Shown in pieces: positions 1 to 12,400 of a stretch of 64,000 nt of DNA. The notes under the pieces were generated by a model, which was given only the letters and a program-made list of their open reading frames with translations, had not been told where the DNA came from and searched no databases. Positions within the stretch are counted from its first letter, which is position 1, and the number at the start of each line of letters is the position of its first letter. The position numbers and the translations under genes are program-made. This DNA is from Lytechinus pictus (lineage: Eukaryota). Location of the stretch: positions 9,982,001-10,046,000 of the forward strand of contig NC_087256.1 of assembly GCF_037042905.1 (NCBI RefSeq), read 5' to 3'.

Positions 1-1085
1 CCCACCTATATTCCAGGCTTAAGCTTAACCCACTTTCTTTTCTCATGTATTTTAATGAATAGCATATCATTGGTCAATTTAGAATGACGTTCATTGATAA
101 TACTGTAGCACTAATTCATCATTGTCTGGACAACAATTTTGCCCTTTGACTAGGGTTAATATCTATAGCCTTATAAAGCATGACCAAACATATTGATGAA
201 CTACAAGATAAAGCATAGCCTGGATTTTCAGTGAAGCTCTACAAAATGCATTTCATGGGCAAAACACACGTACGTAAAGTATTTTCTATTCTTTGTGAAA
301 AATCTTGAAATTTCTTTTGTCTTTTGACTAGGCTTCAGCTAAGACATTATTACAAACACATTTACATCTTTGGCTTGAAAATTTTATCCAGGATTAAATA
401 AAAAGAACACGTGCCCTGACAAAAACGTGACCAAAACTAATTGGTTTTGACCAAGATAAATCAGCAAACAGCACACTATAAAGATCAAAGCTATTTGGAA
501 AATCGTGTCTATTTTGTTTTTAATCTCAACTTCCATGGAATCTAGAAAAAAATTTACAAGAGTAATAGCTTACAAGCTAATGTATCATCTCTATGTAAAA
601 AAACAAAAACAATTTTCTTGTTTTTTTGGCCTCAAAAAATAAAAAATCTGCTAGTTCAATTCAAAATCAAAATGTACAAAATTGTTTCATTGACAGACTT
701 GATTTAACTCATAAAACTGAAAGTAGAGGCACTTTTTGTCAGTCCATTTCAGAAACTGTTTTAAGTTTCAACAGGTCTTGTACAGTAAGCATGGATCATT
801 GAAAATCAAACTCAATAAGATGACTCATCTTATTCTGTCAATTTCTTCCTAAAATTCTTCATTGATTCAAGGAGTTATAAAAGTTTTTTCTTCTTAAAGT
901 AGAAATATATTGAAAATCATAAAAATGAAGAATTATATATCAAATTAAAGGGGAAAATAAGAAGAACACGATGGTGTACATCATTTATCATGGAGACCGA
1001 TGAAACTCACTTAATTGATAGTTTAAAGTTCTCTCTCTGAATGCTTCAAACACGCTCAATTACGTCCGCGAAATTGGGTTTTTTT

Positions 1086-2693
1086 ATGACGTGTATAAGT
1101 GTACGAGAGACGTGATTGGCTCTCCCACGTCAAGATCCACTTGCATGCAAAACCTGTTGCGAGTGTACGTTTTCTCCACACTGTCACTGAATACTGCGAT
1201 CACGAAATGAAAGAAAACCCAGAAGTTATCTAGATTTTGGATTTTCAAATTGATGATTTTGAAGATGAAGAGAATGATAATGAAGTTTCTAGCTCTAATG
1301 ACGTGGATGGAGGTAAATTAGGGGAATTACGTCTATGATGATGAGTCGGACAATTCAACTTGCATGCCGATTCGCTACCAACTCATGCAGCTGCTAGTGC
1401 TAGCTGCACGTAGGCCTACCGCGGGCCAAAATGAATCCATGAAAATTCCAGCTTGACCAGCCATACAGAGTCTCTTCCCTCTGTCAAGGCTCTAAAGAAG
1501 GAAAATAATGCTATATAACTGTACTTACAAACAAGTGAATATATCCGAATCTGAAGGCAAATCAACTCAACGAATAGCAGCAGACGATATTCACCGACGA
1601 TAAACTTCACGTGGCTGGGATAAATGGATAAATTGTCACTCGTTCTGTTAGATATAAATTTACCTCATTATTTTGACCAAATTACGAAACTCGGGGAATT
1701 ATTTATCTATATAAAAATATAGTAACACCTCGTACTATTTTTACATTACAATAAAACCTTTTTTGAAGCAAAAAGTTGAGGTAACTTAAAATTAGATGTA
1801 AAAGATCATCCCCAACATGCGTAGCTCGTATGTGATTGTAAACGAACCATCCAAAATGCCGATTGAGAGCTGTGCAACACATGCATCTACTCTCTCAGCC
1901 AAGGCGAGCAAGCAATGTGTGTTTGTGAAGGTTTGTTTACAATACAATCACATACGAGCTACGCATGTTGGGGATGATCTTTTACATCTAATTCTAATTT
2001 ACCTCAACTTTTTGCTTCAAAAAAGGTTTTATCATAATTGAAAAATAGTACGAGGTGTTACTATATTTTTATATAGATAAATAATTCCCCGAGTTTCGTA
2101 ATTTAGTCAAAATAATGAGATAGAAATTATATCTAACAGAACGAGTGACAATTTATCCATTTATCCCAGCCACGTGAAGTTTATCGTCGGTGAATATCGT
2201 CTGCTGCTATTCGTTGAGTTGATTTGCCTTCAGATTCGGATATATTCACTTGTTTGTAAGTACAGTTATATCATTATTTTCCTTCTTTAGAGCCTTGACA
2301 GAGGGAAGAGACTCTGCATAGTCAGGCTGGAATTTTCATGGATTTATTTTGGCCCGCGGTAGGCCTACGTGCAGCTAGCACTAGCAGCTGCATGAGTTGG
2401 TAGCGAATCGGCATGCAAGTTGAATTGTCCGACTCATCATCATAGACGCAATTCCCCTAATTTACCTCCATCCACGTCACTAGAGCTAGAAACTTCATCA
2501 TCATTCTCTTCATCTTCAAAATCATCAATTTAAAAATCCAAAATCTAGATACACTTCTGGGTTTTCTTTCATTTCGTGATCGAAGTATTCAGTGACAGTG
2601 TGGAGAAAACGTACCCTCGCAACAGGTTTTGCATGCAAGAGGAGCTTGACGTGGGAGAGCCAATCACGTCTCTCGTACACTCATACACGTCAT
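1086..2693. repeat. Large inverted repeat (foldback): arms ~1086-1843 and ~1935-2693, ~90-bp spacer
   Basis: Arms are reverse complements along their length (e.g. gtacgagagacgtgattggctctcccacgtcaag / cttgacgtgggagagccaatcacgtctctcgtac) with scattered substitutions. Confidence 0.95.
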
Positions 2694-2757
2694 CAAATTC
2701 GAGTCAATTCAGAGACCGATGGGAGGCGTATTTTGGAGAGGCATTTTAGCGCTTTTT

Positions 2758-3170
2758 AATTGGCGATTTCCTCCTTATGTATTACTTTCGTTATTTTTGA
2801 ATGACCAAATGATAATCCCCACATCATGACCTTTCCACTGATATATAATAAGACCATATTCATAATCAATATATTTCTCCTTTAAATGTCATGGGTTTTT
2901 AGCTAGATTGACACATATCAGCAAATTTATTTATACTAGCAAACATCTGTTCAATGCCAGAAAATTGGCGATTTCCTCCTTATGTATTACTTTCGTTATT
3001 TTTGAATGACCAAATGATAATCCCCACATCATGACCTTTCCACTTATATATAATAAGACCATATTCATAATCAATATATTTCTCCTTAAAATGTCATGGG
3101 TTTTTAGCTAGATTGACACATATCATTTTATTTATTTATACTAGCAAACATCTGTTCAATGCCAGAAAAT
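2758..3170. repeat. Tandem duplication, ~205-bp unit x2
   Basis: aattggcgatttcctccttatg...gccagaaaat starts at 2758 and again at 2963. Confidence 0.9.
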
Positions 3171-3425
3171 GTTCTTGTTTTGGGAGAAAGAATAAAAATA
3201 GCAAGCCTTTAATATCAATAGCCTTGCAACAAGGCTCCATTGATATAATTTTGTTTTATTTTTCACCATATCGACTTTGGAAGGAGAATACTAATTGGTC
3301 CGTATTGGGGCATGAAATTATTAAAATTTATTTATCAGACTATATCCAGCATCAGACCAGATAGACTCTAGAGCAGGAAGCTTTGATGAAAGACTACCCT
3401 TCACATAGCAACCAATCAACCTCAC

Positions 3426-3664
3426 CTTCTTTTCTGCCTGTTGATGAGGAGTGGTGATTTGAGGACTTGCAACAGATGAGCTGCGAGGACGTTTGTTTTG
3501 GATAGGACTGGGCGTGTCCTGGGGGCGCTCCGTGCGCTTGAGGAAGGATGAGTTTCGCCTGGCTAGTACTGGTTGACTGGGAACCTTGAAGATGCCCTTC
3601 CTGCATCTGGGAGCACCAGAGGGCGTTGTTCGCAAAGTGTTGCAGTCTGCACCACGTTGCAGAG
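3426..3664 (-). CDS. cdc25: Cdc25 exon with 14-3-3-site region and bipartite NLS (RCRKGIFKVPSQP...LKRTERPQDTPSPIQNKRPRS); last exon seen in the window
   Basis: Within ORF 3321..3677; ccttcctag| acceptor, AAG|gtgagg donor, 239 nt phase 1-0; strong match to CDC25B LKRLERPQDRDTPVQNKRRRS. The nine exons sum to 1200 nt without a stop. Confidence 0.93.
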
Positions 3665-4055
3665 CTAGGAAGGACAAAAATGTAATTTAGAAGAAGGGAT
3701 GTTGACTTATGATACTTGAATAGGTAGTCAACCTCGCAAGAAATTCATAAATGCAGTTAAGGTAGATTGTCAAAAGTCTGAGCCGCATCTCTGCCCGCAG
3801 GAAACCAACGCCTCTTTAAATTACCAATTCTCACATTTTATAATAGATGACAAAATTCAAAATGCAGGAAAGCTTCTATATATAGATGCATTTTTCCTTT
3901 TTGAAGGATTCTTGTTAAAAAACGCATAATACAGACCGTTAACAAAGTTCTTAAAGAGGGGCTGTCGAATGTAAAAAGGTCAATCGCAGTGTAGAGCAGG
4001 CAATAAACCCATGTACCATGGATTAATCTTGATGATGTTTGACAAAACAATTGAA

Positions 4056-5048
4056 AACAAGGCAAAAGCAATTTTGTGTCTCGCCCACTTATGAAAATGA
4101 CCAGAAATATCGTGATTTGCGAGGGCACGCAAGAGAATTATATCGAAACTTCATTGTGAAATGACTGGGATGGAATAACACTTGTCATAAGAGCCTTGCA
4201 CGTAAACTTTAATGTTGACCTGAAAATGACCTTTGACCTTACCATGTGACCTCCGACTGCAGCATAACAAGCAGGTTCCCCAAGTCCATCTACCATCCAA
4301 GTTTGTTTGAAAAGCGACTTACGGTTGCGGAGTTAGGTGTCATAAGAGAGTCTTGCATGTAAACTTTAACGTTGACCTGAAAATGACATTTGACCTTACC
4401 ATGTGACCTCCGACTGCAGCATAACATGCAGGTCCCCCAAGTCCATCTACCATTCGAATTTGGTTGAAAAGCGACTTACGGTTGCGGAGTTAGGTGTCAT
4501 AAGAGAGTCTTGCATGTAAACTTTAACGTTGACCTGAAAATGACATTTGACCTTACCATGTGACCTCCGACTGCAGCATAACATGCAGGTCCCCAAAGTC
4601 CATCTACCACCCAAGTTTGGTTGAAAAACGACTTACGGTTGCGGAGTTAGGTGTCATAAGAGAGTCTTGCATGTAAACTTTAACGTTGACCTGAAAATGA
4701 CCTTTGACCTTACCATGTGACCCCCGACTGCAGCATAACATGCAGGTCCCCCAAGTCCATCTACCATCCAAGTTTGGTTGAAAAGCGACTTACGGTTGCG
4801 GAGTTAGGTGTCATAAGAGAGTCTTGCATGTAAACTTTAACGTTGACCTGAAAATGACCTTTGACCTTACCATGTGACCACCGACTGCAGCATAACATGC
4901 AGGTCCCCCAAGTCCATCTACCATCCAAGTTTGGTTGAAAATCGACTTACGGTTGTGGAGTTATGTGTCATTAGGTTTGTGACGGACGGACGACGGACGA
5001 CATTTGGATCCCTAAGTCTTGCCTTCACCTCTGGTGGGCGAGACAATA
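4056..5048. mobile_element. Helentron-associated non-autonomous element (HINE/DINE-1/pearl-like) with internal 157-bp tandem array
   Basis: AACAAG start; subterminal IR TGTCTCGCCCAC 4077-4088 / GTGGGCGAGACA 5034-5045; 3' hairpin; (GACG)n microsatellite at ~4981-5001; five 157-bp units. Confidence 0.75.
4185..4972. repeat. 157-bp tandem repeat x5
   Basis: gtcat unit starts at ~4185, 4339, 4496, 4653, 4810 and 4967; units near-identical. Confidence 0.97.
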
Positions 5049-5391
5049 AATGGAGACGGACAAATCGATGTGTCATCTGTTTTTTTCAATCATGCTGAAA
5101 TTTGACACTTCAAACAAAACAAGTTCTCTGTAAAATCATCTCTCTGCATTACAAAAAAAAAAAATGGAGAGATGTCAGAAGTATTAAAAATTAGTCATGT
5201 TTACATTCATGCACCACCCCAAGGTCAAATTCATCATTATAACTGAATATGTTGTAAAAGAAAAGAAAGGAAAAGACAAAAAGTATCATAAAATTGGCTG
5301 CAAAAATTTTGAAGTGTCTCAACAACTTTCCCTCTAGCTGCGAGATGGATCCAAATAAGACTGATCTGCATGTATCTTCTCGGCAACTTAC

Positions 5392-5512
5392 CGTTCTCTG
5401 ACTGGGAGGATTCAGCTGAAGATACATGGCTTGGAGACCAGTTAGCCTTGGTGGGATTAATGAGGGTCCCATGGATTAGACCAGCTAATCCATCAGGTGC
5501 AGAGGATGAACC
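5392..5512 (-). CDS. cdc25: Cdc25 exon (GSSSAPDGLAGLIHGTLINPTKANWSPSHVSSAESSQSEN)
   Basis: catcttag| acceptor, G|gtaagt donor, 121 nt phase 0-1; PDGLAGLIHGTLI aligns with CDC25B PPGMESLISAPLV. Confidence 0.85.
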
Positions 5513-5844
5513 CTAAGATGAGGGGGATACATCAAACTATTGAAAAGAAACGTGCATACCATCTTGATACTAAGACTAGACTGACAGAGTGTGAGTTCCA
5601 CCCAAGCAATGCCCAAAATGTTGTCACATGCTTTCACGTGGAACCTTTAGAAATATGATTTTAAAATACATGAATATAAGAACAATATTTTTTTCTTTAA
5701 AAAAAGAAAAAAAGAAGAGATAAATTGCTACTATCGCAAATTTAGCCACTACCCAATCACTCATTAATTCATTATCATCCTCTTCATCATCCCTACAATC
5801 ATCTTCATCATCATCATTATCAAGGGACAAGTAGAAAATGGCTA

Positions 5845-6224
5845 AAGATAAGTGAATATAGTTGTAAAAAACACAGATTTCATGTGATGTCTGTAAAACC
5901 AAGGTTTAATTGTCACCATATCATTACTTAGATCCAGATCTGGTGGAGTAACTTTAACTGAACTTTGTGAAATTATTCAATATAAGCTGAAAAAAGATCA
6001 CACTGAAGATAACCAACACATGTAGGACAATGTCAGTTATTTCTGGGAAAAAGACCTAACAATTTGGTGAAATGGCATGCTAATCTCTCAGCAATTATAC
6101 AATTTCTTCCAGAATCCTTCAGCACATACCTTTTTTTCAAATTCATACAGACACTTGTGTGGTCATTTTATTGAATTCTATACAAACTCAATTTGAAATT
6201 GTTACCACAACAGGCATTTATCTT
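5845..6224. mobile_element. Degraded copy of the MITE family also at 13805-14189
   Basis: Shares gtctgtaaaaccaagg, gatctgg, tctcagcaattac, cagaatcctt and ggcatttatct blocks with that copy. Confidence 0.7.
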
Positions 6225-6239
6225 AAATGACAGGCTTAA

Positions 6240-6986
6240 CCCTAAAAAGACTGGGGAGCCCCCCCCCCTCGACATTTTTCGCGATAAATCTGTAACGCGA
6301 AAAGCTGGCGCTATTTGTTCCATGACTTTTTTCTTTCAAGTCTTGCGCAACTTTTGAGACCAAATTTGCGACACCCGGGTACATGGTTCCGAAATTACGC
6401 AACATTTTGTAAGTGCATGTCGGCCCGAAATTGCTCAAAAACGTGAATTTGTGTACAAATCCAATGCAAATTGTGTTTTTAGCCAAAATTCATAAATGTA
6501 TCATTATTTTCAATTTTACTAATCAAACTTTATTAATTTCATCTTGTTTATGGTCAGAATAAAGTAGCGGACGATTTCCATTGAAAAAACAATAAAAAAC
6601 AAAAAGTCGAAAAACAGAGAAATACATAAGAAATTTTAAAAACAATAAAATACATAAGAAAAGAATTGTGATATTGAATTTTTTTTAAAGTACATTTGAT
6701 CAGAATCCTTCAAAGAGTCTGTGAATAAAAAATTAGCAGTTTAGAGGCCTTATTTAGTTAATTAGAGCAAATCTTTGATTTTACGCATAAATTAGCATAA
6801 TTAATGAATTATGAGATTTTTCGGAAAATTTGATCCTACAGTCTTGGAGATTATGCCATGGGTAATGCACGTGCCAATTTTTGTCGCGATCGCTTGGTCG
6901 ACGGCCGAGATCATAGGGGGGGGGGGCTGAATCAGCCCCCCCCCCCCAGTCTTCTTAGGCATCAAAATAGCCCAGTCTATTTAGGG
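6240..6986. mobile_element. piggyBac-like MITE
   Basis: TTAA|CCCTAAAAAGACTGGG ... CCCAGTCTATTTAGGG|TTAA. Confidence 0.85.
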
Positions 6987-7142
6987 TTAAGTGATCTCCT
7001 TTTACGGTTTTGCAAGTTTTAGATGTCCTTGTAATTCACAATTTTCATCATAGTCACTACCATCCATGTTTATGCTATCCACGAACACCATTCATCATCA
7101 CCTTCATCCTCATTCTTATCTACACCAGTATCTTTGTCATAC

Positions 7143-7262
7143 CTCTTGTGAATATGGTTCAAAGCAATCCAAGAATCCATCATCGTTATCATCATCATCA
7201 TGGGAGCTTGTTAGACGATCCTCTTGAAGTTCAATAACGTCATCCTCATCCTCACCATCAAG
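7143..7262 (-). CDS. cdc25: Cdc25 acidic exon (LDGEDEDD...DDDDNDDGFLDCFEPYSQE)
   Basis: atctccag| acceptor, GAG|gtatga donor, 120 nt phase 0-0; DDGFLD is the conserved Cdc25 DDG motif. Confidence 0.9.
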
Positions 7263-7926
7263 CTGGAGATTTATATGATAAAAAGTAGGCCTTTTAATTT
7301 GAAATATACATCTAGATCATCCCCAAAAATCATATTTGCATGAAATTACATACAAGCAGACATTCCGTTATTAAAAACAGATTAATAAAGTGATGCCTTG
7401 CCAAACTTGAAGCTCATCAAACACAAGTGGCAAAACCAATAGCTGAAAAGGTTTACAAAAGCAAAACTTGTTCGCTACGATAGGGAGGTCGATGGTAATC
7501 ATTGCTTCTTTCTATCATTATTTTAAATTTTCCATTATCATTTTCACCATCAACAACACCACTCCTATGACCACCAACACAAAGTCAGCAACCACTCTTC
7601 TTCACCTTCTGGAGACCCATTGCAGAAAGAGCATTTGATAGCAACTCTTTGTGCAAAGTGCCATAGGTGATCTTACAGTCTTTATCTGCTAGGTCTACTA
7701 GCAGATAGTCCAATTCTCAGATCATCTTACACCTTCATGGCAAGACACACTTGGTCTATTTTCAATTTGTTCCAATCAATGTTTGGCCACCTATCACTTG
7801 GCCTAACTGTCATTTACTCCAATGCCCAGATGGTTTAATTACCAATTGGTCTAATTACTATTTTGCATTTTGTCAAATGAAAATTCGGTTCATAATCATA
7901 TAGAGCAAGCGGAGTGTGGATATTAA

Positions 7927-8520
7927 AGGACAAGTCCACCCCAAGAAAAAGTTGATTCAAATAAAAAGAGAAAAATCCAACAAGCATAACACTGAAAATT
8001 TCATCAAAATCGGATGTAAAATAGAAAGTTATGACAATTTAAAGTTTTGCTTAATTTCACAAAACAGTTATATGCACATCCTGGTGGGTATGCAAATGTG
8101 GAGACTGATGACGTCATCCACTCACTATTTCTTGTGTATTTCATTATATGAAATAGGGAATATTCTATTTTTCTCCTCATTGTCAAGTGAAACAACGATT
8201 AATTCATCCCTGAACATGTGGAATGAGCATTGTTTAATACCCTTATGATTCAGTCAAGTTTGGCCTTATTGTCAAATCTATAAAAAATGAAATATTGTAT
8301 AATTCAAACAATAAAAAACAAAAGAAATAGTGAGTGAGGGACATCATCGACTTACTCATTTGAGTTGTGCATATCACTGTTTTGTGAAAAATAAGCAAAA
8401 CTTTAAAAGTGTCATAACTTTCTTATTTTACATCTGATTTTGATGAAATTTTCAGCGTTTTGCTAGTTTGATTTTTCTCTATTTATTCAAATCAACACTT
8501 CACTGCGGTGGACTTGACCT
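7927..8520. mobile_element. TTAA-flanked MITE (Kolobok-like)
   Basis: TTAA|AGGACAAGTCCACC ... GGTGGACTTGACCT|TTAA with long imperfect inverted arms; same family at 21688-22466. Confidence 0.85.
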
Positions 8521-8704
8521 TTAAACAAACTAGGTAAAGCCTTACTGAAAATTAGACAAAATGCTGAATGGGCAAAGTGGTAATTAGACAAAATGATGAG
8601 TAGACAAACTGCTTGTAGAGGAACAAGGATGGACCAAGTGGGATGATACCAAAGGGAATGTAGACAAAGTGGATGTAGACCAATTGGCATTTTAGCCCAC
8701 TTAC

Positions 8705-8869
8705 CAGTGTGGCTGGAGCAGATATTGGTCTAGGTCCTGCCGGTGCAAAACTCAGAGACGTTGATCTTGACGAGGCTTGCCGAGAGGACAGAGGTCTGGG
8801 CATAACGAAGGTGAATGCTTCTGATGGTAAGGTTGCTTCTTCAACTTCATCAGGGGATGGCAGGTCAAG
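8705..8869 (-). CDS. cdc25: Cdc25 exon (LDLPSP...EAFTFVMPRP...RPISAPATL)
   Basis: ccattcag| acceptor, CTG|gtaagt donor, 165 nt phase 0-0; FxFxMP and RPxSAP match CDC25B GFVFKMP and RPSSAP. Confidence 0.92.
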
Positions 8870-9224
8870 CTGAATGGAAATGGGAATGAATTGTGGTGAT
8901 AGGTGATCAGGGTAGTCATCAGAGACTTTTAAGTGGTGGGGTCGGAAACTTGCCTACCACCATACCATAGAGGTTCAGGGAAAAGAAAACTGATCTATTT
9001 TCTATATCAAATGCAGAATATTGTGCATTTTCATTACAATTTTTTTCCAGGTTCCAGACATCCAATTATCAGAACACCAGATTCAAATCTCTGATATTCA
9101 ATCAGAATCCCTCCCCCAATAACTCTGACATGGCTTAGACACTTTGGGCATTATCGTAAAGGTATCCAATGAATTATGCAATATATACCCCAGCCATCAA
9201 ACCTAAAGATCCTCTGGTACATAC

Positions 9225-9459
9225 CTTCATACAATCAGCCTTTCCCTCTTCTACTTCCTTCTCCCCAATATCACTGTCTTTCCTTCTGCCAGCTGGTTTC
9301 ATCCATAATCCTTCTTCCATATCTCCTTCCTTCCTAGACTCAACAAGCCCTTGCTGTCGTATTAACCTTGGTCTATGGAACATCTGAAGCGATGGGCTCT
9401 CCTGGTGTTGCTGTAACCGCAGTGGCATTGAGTTGAACCGTCTAAACTGAGTACTATGT
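9225..9459 (-). CDS. cdc25: Cdc25 exon (RHSTQFRRFNSMPLRL...ADCMK)
   Basis: Within ORF 9174..9587; tattacag| acceptor, AAG|gtatgt donor, 235 nt phase 2-0; RRFNSMPLRL matches CDC25B RRFQSMPVRL. Confidence 0.9.
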
Positions 9460-9924
9460 CTGTAATACATAACAATATTAGTATTAGTATTGCAATTTGT
9501 AGAGTGCTCATATCCACATGGCTGAGTGCTCAAGGAACTAAATGTAATCATTACCATAGCTGTAGCATAGCTGCCATCCCAGTGCACAAGTATTTCAAGG
9601 AATGACTTTTCCTACTTGGTAATCATTCACTATACCCGGGTCGAGTGCAGCACACTGTGGATATATATCTTGTTGACAGAAATAAAGCCATCCTGGATGA
9701 CCCTCAGATTGAAAGGCAAGAGTCAAAATCACTAGATTACGATGCTTTCACTCAGAGAAAATAAAAAACTTCAACCCTTTCTAGCAGATATCTATACAGA
9801 ATGTCCAAACATTGCAATTAATAAGAAAAGGGGTATTGAATTCTTATACATTAAAACTTATTTTATACTTTATTCGCTGGTCTTCATGATTATGATACAG
9901 AATTAAATGATCTGTCATTCTTAC

Positions 9925-9969
9925 CGTGTTGATTCCTGTTGTTCATCGGAGGGGTTGATTGGTTGAAAT
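9925..9969 (-). CDS. cdc25: Cdc25 small symmetric exon (QFQPINPSDEQQESTR)
   Basis: ttttatccatag| acceptor, CG|gtaaga donor, 45 nt phase 2-2, open frame; no recognisable motif, so support is from splice sites only. Confidence 0.7.
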
Positions 9970-10070
9970 CTATGGATAAAAACAAAATTTGAGAAAAATG
10001 TAAGACATCACTCATCAGACTACATCCCCCCCATCCACTTCTTTCACACCTATGCATGCATAGCCACAGG

Positions 10071-10799
10071 TAGGGACAGTGATTTTCCGTTTCTAAAAAT
10101 TGCCTTTTCCGTTTCAGAAAATCTCAAATTCCGTTTCAGCATGTCTAAAAACGGAAATTCCGTTTCCCCATAGACTTTGTGTACATGAAAAAGTGACGAT
10201 TCCGTTTACATAGAAAACCAATAAGCAATGAGTAGCGATGTCAAAATTTGCATCTGCCAATGTACTATCATCGCTTTTAAATCAAAGAGATTCGAGCTCA
10301 AAAACTATCAACATAAATAAATCCTCACCTTTCATATTATTAGCATTATTTTATGGTTAAATGAGGTTTTATCACTGATTTGGGGACTTTTCGGACATGG
10401 TTTTGATCAGTCGACGACTTCCACCTATCCGCCATTTTGGATTTGTTGAATCACCGTGATCATGATATTATGACCGAACGCAGAGGGCAGCAACACACGG
10501 CCGTATTCTGCCTTATATGCAGACGTGAGTGTAAACTAATTTAGATACGATCGAGGGGCTCGAGTGTAGGTACGATGTGTTGATTGTCATGATTGTTGTA
10601 GCAAAGTGAGATCGTGTTTTTTCCAGTTGATATTCGTATTTTGTTGAGGATTTGGGAGTAATTTTTGTTGCTATTTTGTGCATTTTGAGAAAAAACATGT
10701 TTTCCGTGATTTTCCGTTTGAAAAGCCACTTTCCGTTTCAAAAGGCCGATTCCGTGAATTCCGTCCGTTTTCCGCGATCGCGGAAAATCACTGTCCCTA
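10071..10799. mobile_element. hAT-like MITE
   Basis: TIR TAGGGACAGTGATTTTCCG / CGGAAAATCACTGTCCCTA; flanking direct repeat CACAGG; many subterminal TTCCGT motifs. Confidence 0.85.
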
Positions 10800-11713
10800 C
10801 ACAGGCCATTATTCTTTCCTTCATATCTGTCTTTGCGGAAAAGGACTTCCAAGACACTAACTGGCATTAAAATCAAGTTTTGATTACAGTCCCCGTGTTT
10901 CAAGACTTGTTCTATATTCCCTGGCACTTACTTGTACAATACCCAGATATGGGGCCCGCTTTATAGACTTACAAACTTACATCTATGGTTATTTTGCCAT
11001 TATGCCAATTGACAACTACCATGGAAACCTTGATTGTTATTGGCTGTTGAGCTTTGCTAGTTGTCAAAGTTACCATAGTTTTGACTCTGAACAAAACAGG
11101 CACTAGATATTACTCATGTTTATATTACTACCAGTTTATGTATGACAAACATGCTCTTCATACTCTTCAAATATCAGTTGAATAATATTTCATAGGTATG
11201 ATCAGCTCACCTGAACCTCATCTATGCTCCTGACTGTAGTTGCTTTGAAAAATTTCCACTGTTCCCGTGAGATATGCATACCTCCATTAACAAAACAATT
11301 TCTACAATTTTAGTTTGTTTAAAAACGGCATTAAAAAAATGGGGCTGCACGAATGCACGATGCTGCTTTGGGTAAGGTTCAAAATCTAGCTAAGCTTCAT
11401 ATACAGGTGCAATATAAAGAGGGAGTCAGTTTGAGTTCCCTGATCCTTTATCTTGGACCCTGTTGAGTTGGAATTTTCCCACTTATTCCTATCAGTGTAA
11501 TACTGTAAGGTCTAACACATATTGTCTAAAACACCTCCCCACCCACATATCACCCTTCCCCCCCCCCAAAAAAAAAAAAAGTATAGAGATGAAGAAGTAC
11601 CTATACCTGTACCCAATTTCATTTATTTATTGAAGATTTAATGTCACAATATTTAGAGGTTACCATCCAACTTGTCCTGAAACCCTGGAAGTGGAAAAGG
11701 TTGTTCTACTTAC

Positions 11714-11765
11714 TGTCCATGAATAAGAGGGGATTCACACGGGCTTGGGGTTCCTACACTCACAC
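11714..11765 (-). CDS. cdc25: Cdc25 exon (GVSVGTPSPCESPLIHG)
   Basis: ttgtcag| acceptor, CA|gtaagt donor, 52 nt phase 1-2; positionally like CDC25B GLCMDSPSP. Confidence 0.78.
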
Positions 11766-12400
11766 CTGACAATCAAACAAAAGGAGGAAAGTGTCAATGA
11801 GGCAAAAGGGAACAAAAAAGTTTCGATTTACGAAAAAAGTTAATAATGATATCGGTAAAATTAGAAATATAAGCAAGCAATTGTCTATGGCCAGCCATGG
11901 GAAAAGAGACAATAATTGTAAGGACTGATTTGTCACTGCGTCGCCCTTTCTATTACAGTGCTCAGGATCTTGAACCTAAGGCCACTTCTACTTTAGTTGT
12001 GGTAAAAAGAAATATTCCTATCCTATCAATATCTTAAACTGGGCTAATAGTAGAAACCTGCCTATGGTGTCCCCAAATGAGTCGATACCAGGAAAATATT
12101 AAACTGTTGCGTGCACAAAAAGACAGCATATGCTGGATGTGACAGGGGTCAAAGATGAAATTTATAATTATAACATACAATTCATTAACGCACATTGAGA
12201 ATGATGCCAATTCTGAAAGTTAGTATTCCTACCTGTTCTGTATCACTTTCAGGAAGAGTGAAATATCAAGACCTTGTACTAGACTAGAGTCCAATACAAT
12301 ATTGTGTTAGCATATAGTTAATAGTCCCTCTTAGTCCTACACCAAGGAACACATCAACAGCCGTTGCTGTAACAGCTCTTGATGTCTTGATACCACTTAC

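Noticed and set aside
1-3425. Further cdc25 exons (catalytic HCX5R domain)
   Set aside because: Region is palindrome and duplication; no catalytic motifs seen, so they presumably lie left of the window.
4185-4972. CRISPR-like periodicity
   Set aside because: Whole units repeat with no unique spacers; eukaryotic context; no cas genes.
11211-11301. Candidate cdc25 exon ending CAG|gtgagc
   Set aside because: Would end in phase 0 where phase 2 is needed; weak acceptor.
12233-12278. Candidate extra cdc25 exon with CAG|gtagga donor (contains ESDT)
   Set aside because: 46 nt breaks the frame between flanking exons; the alternative 51-nt version has an in-frame stop.
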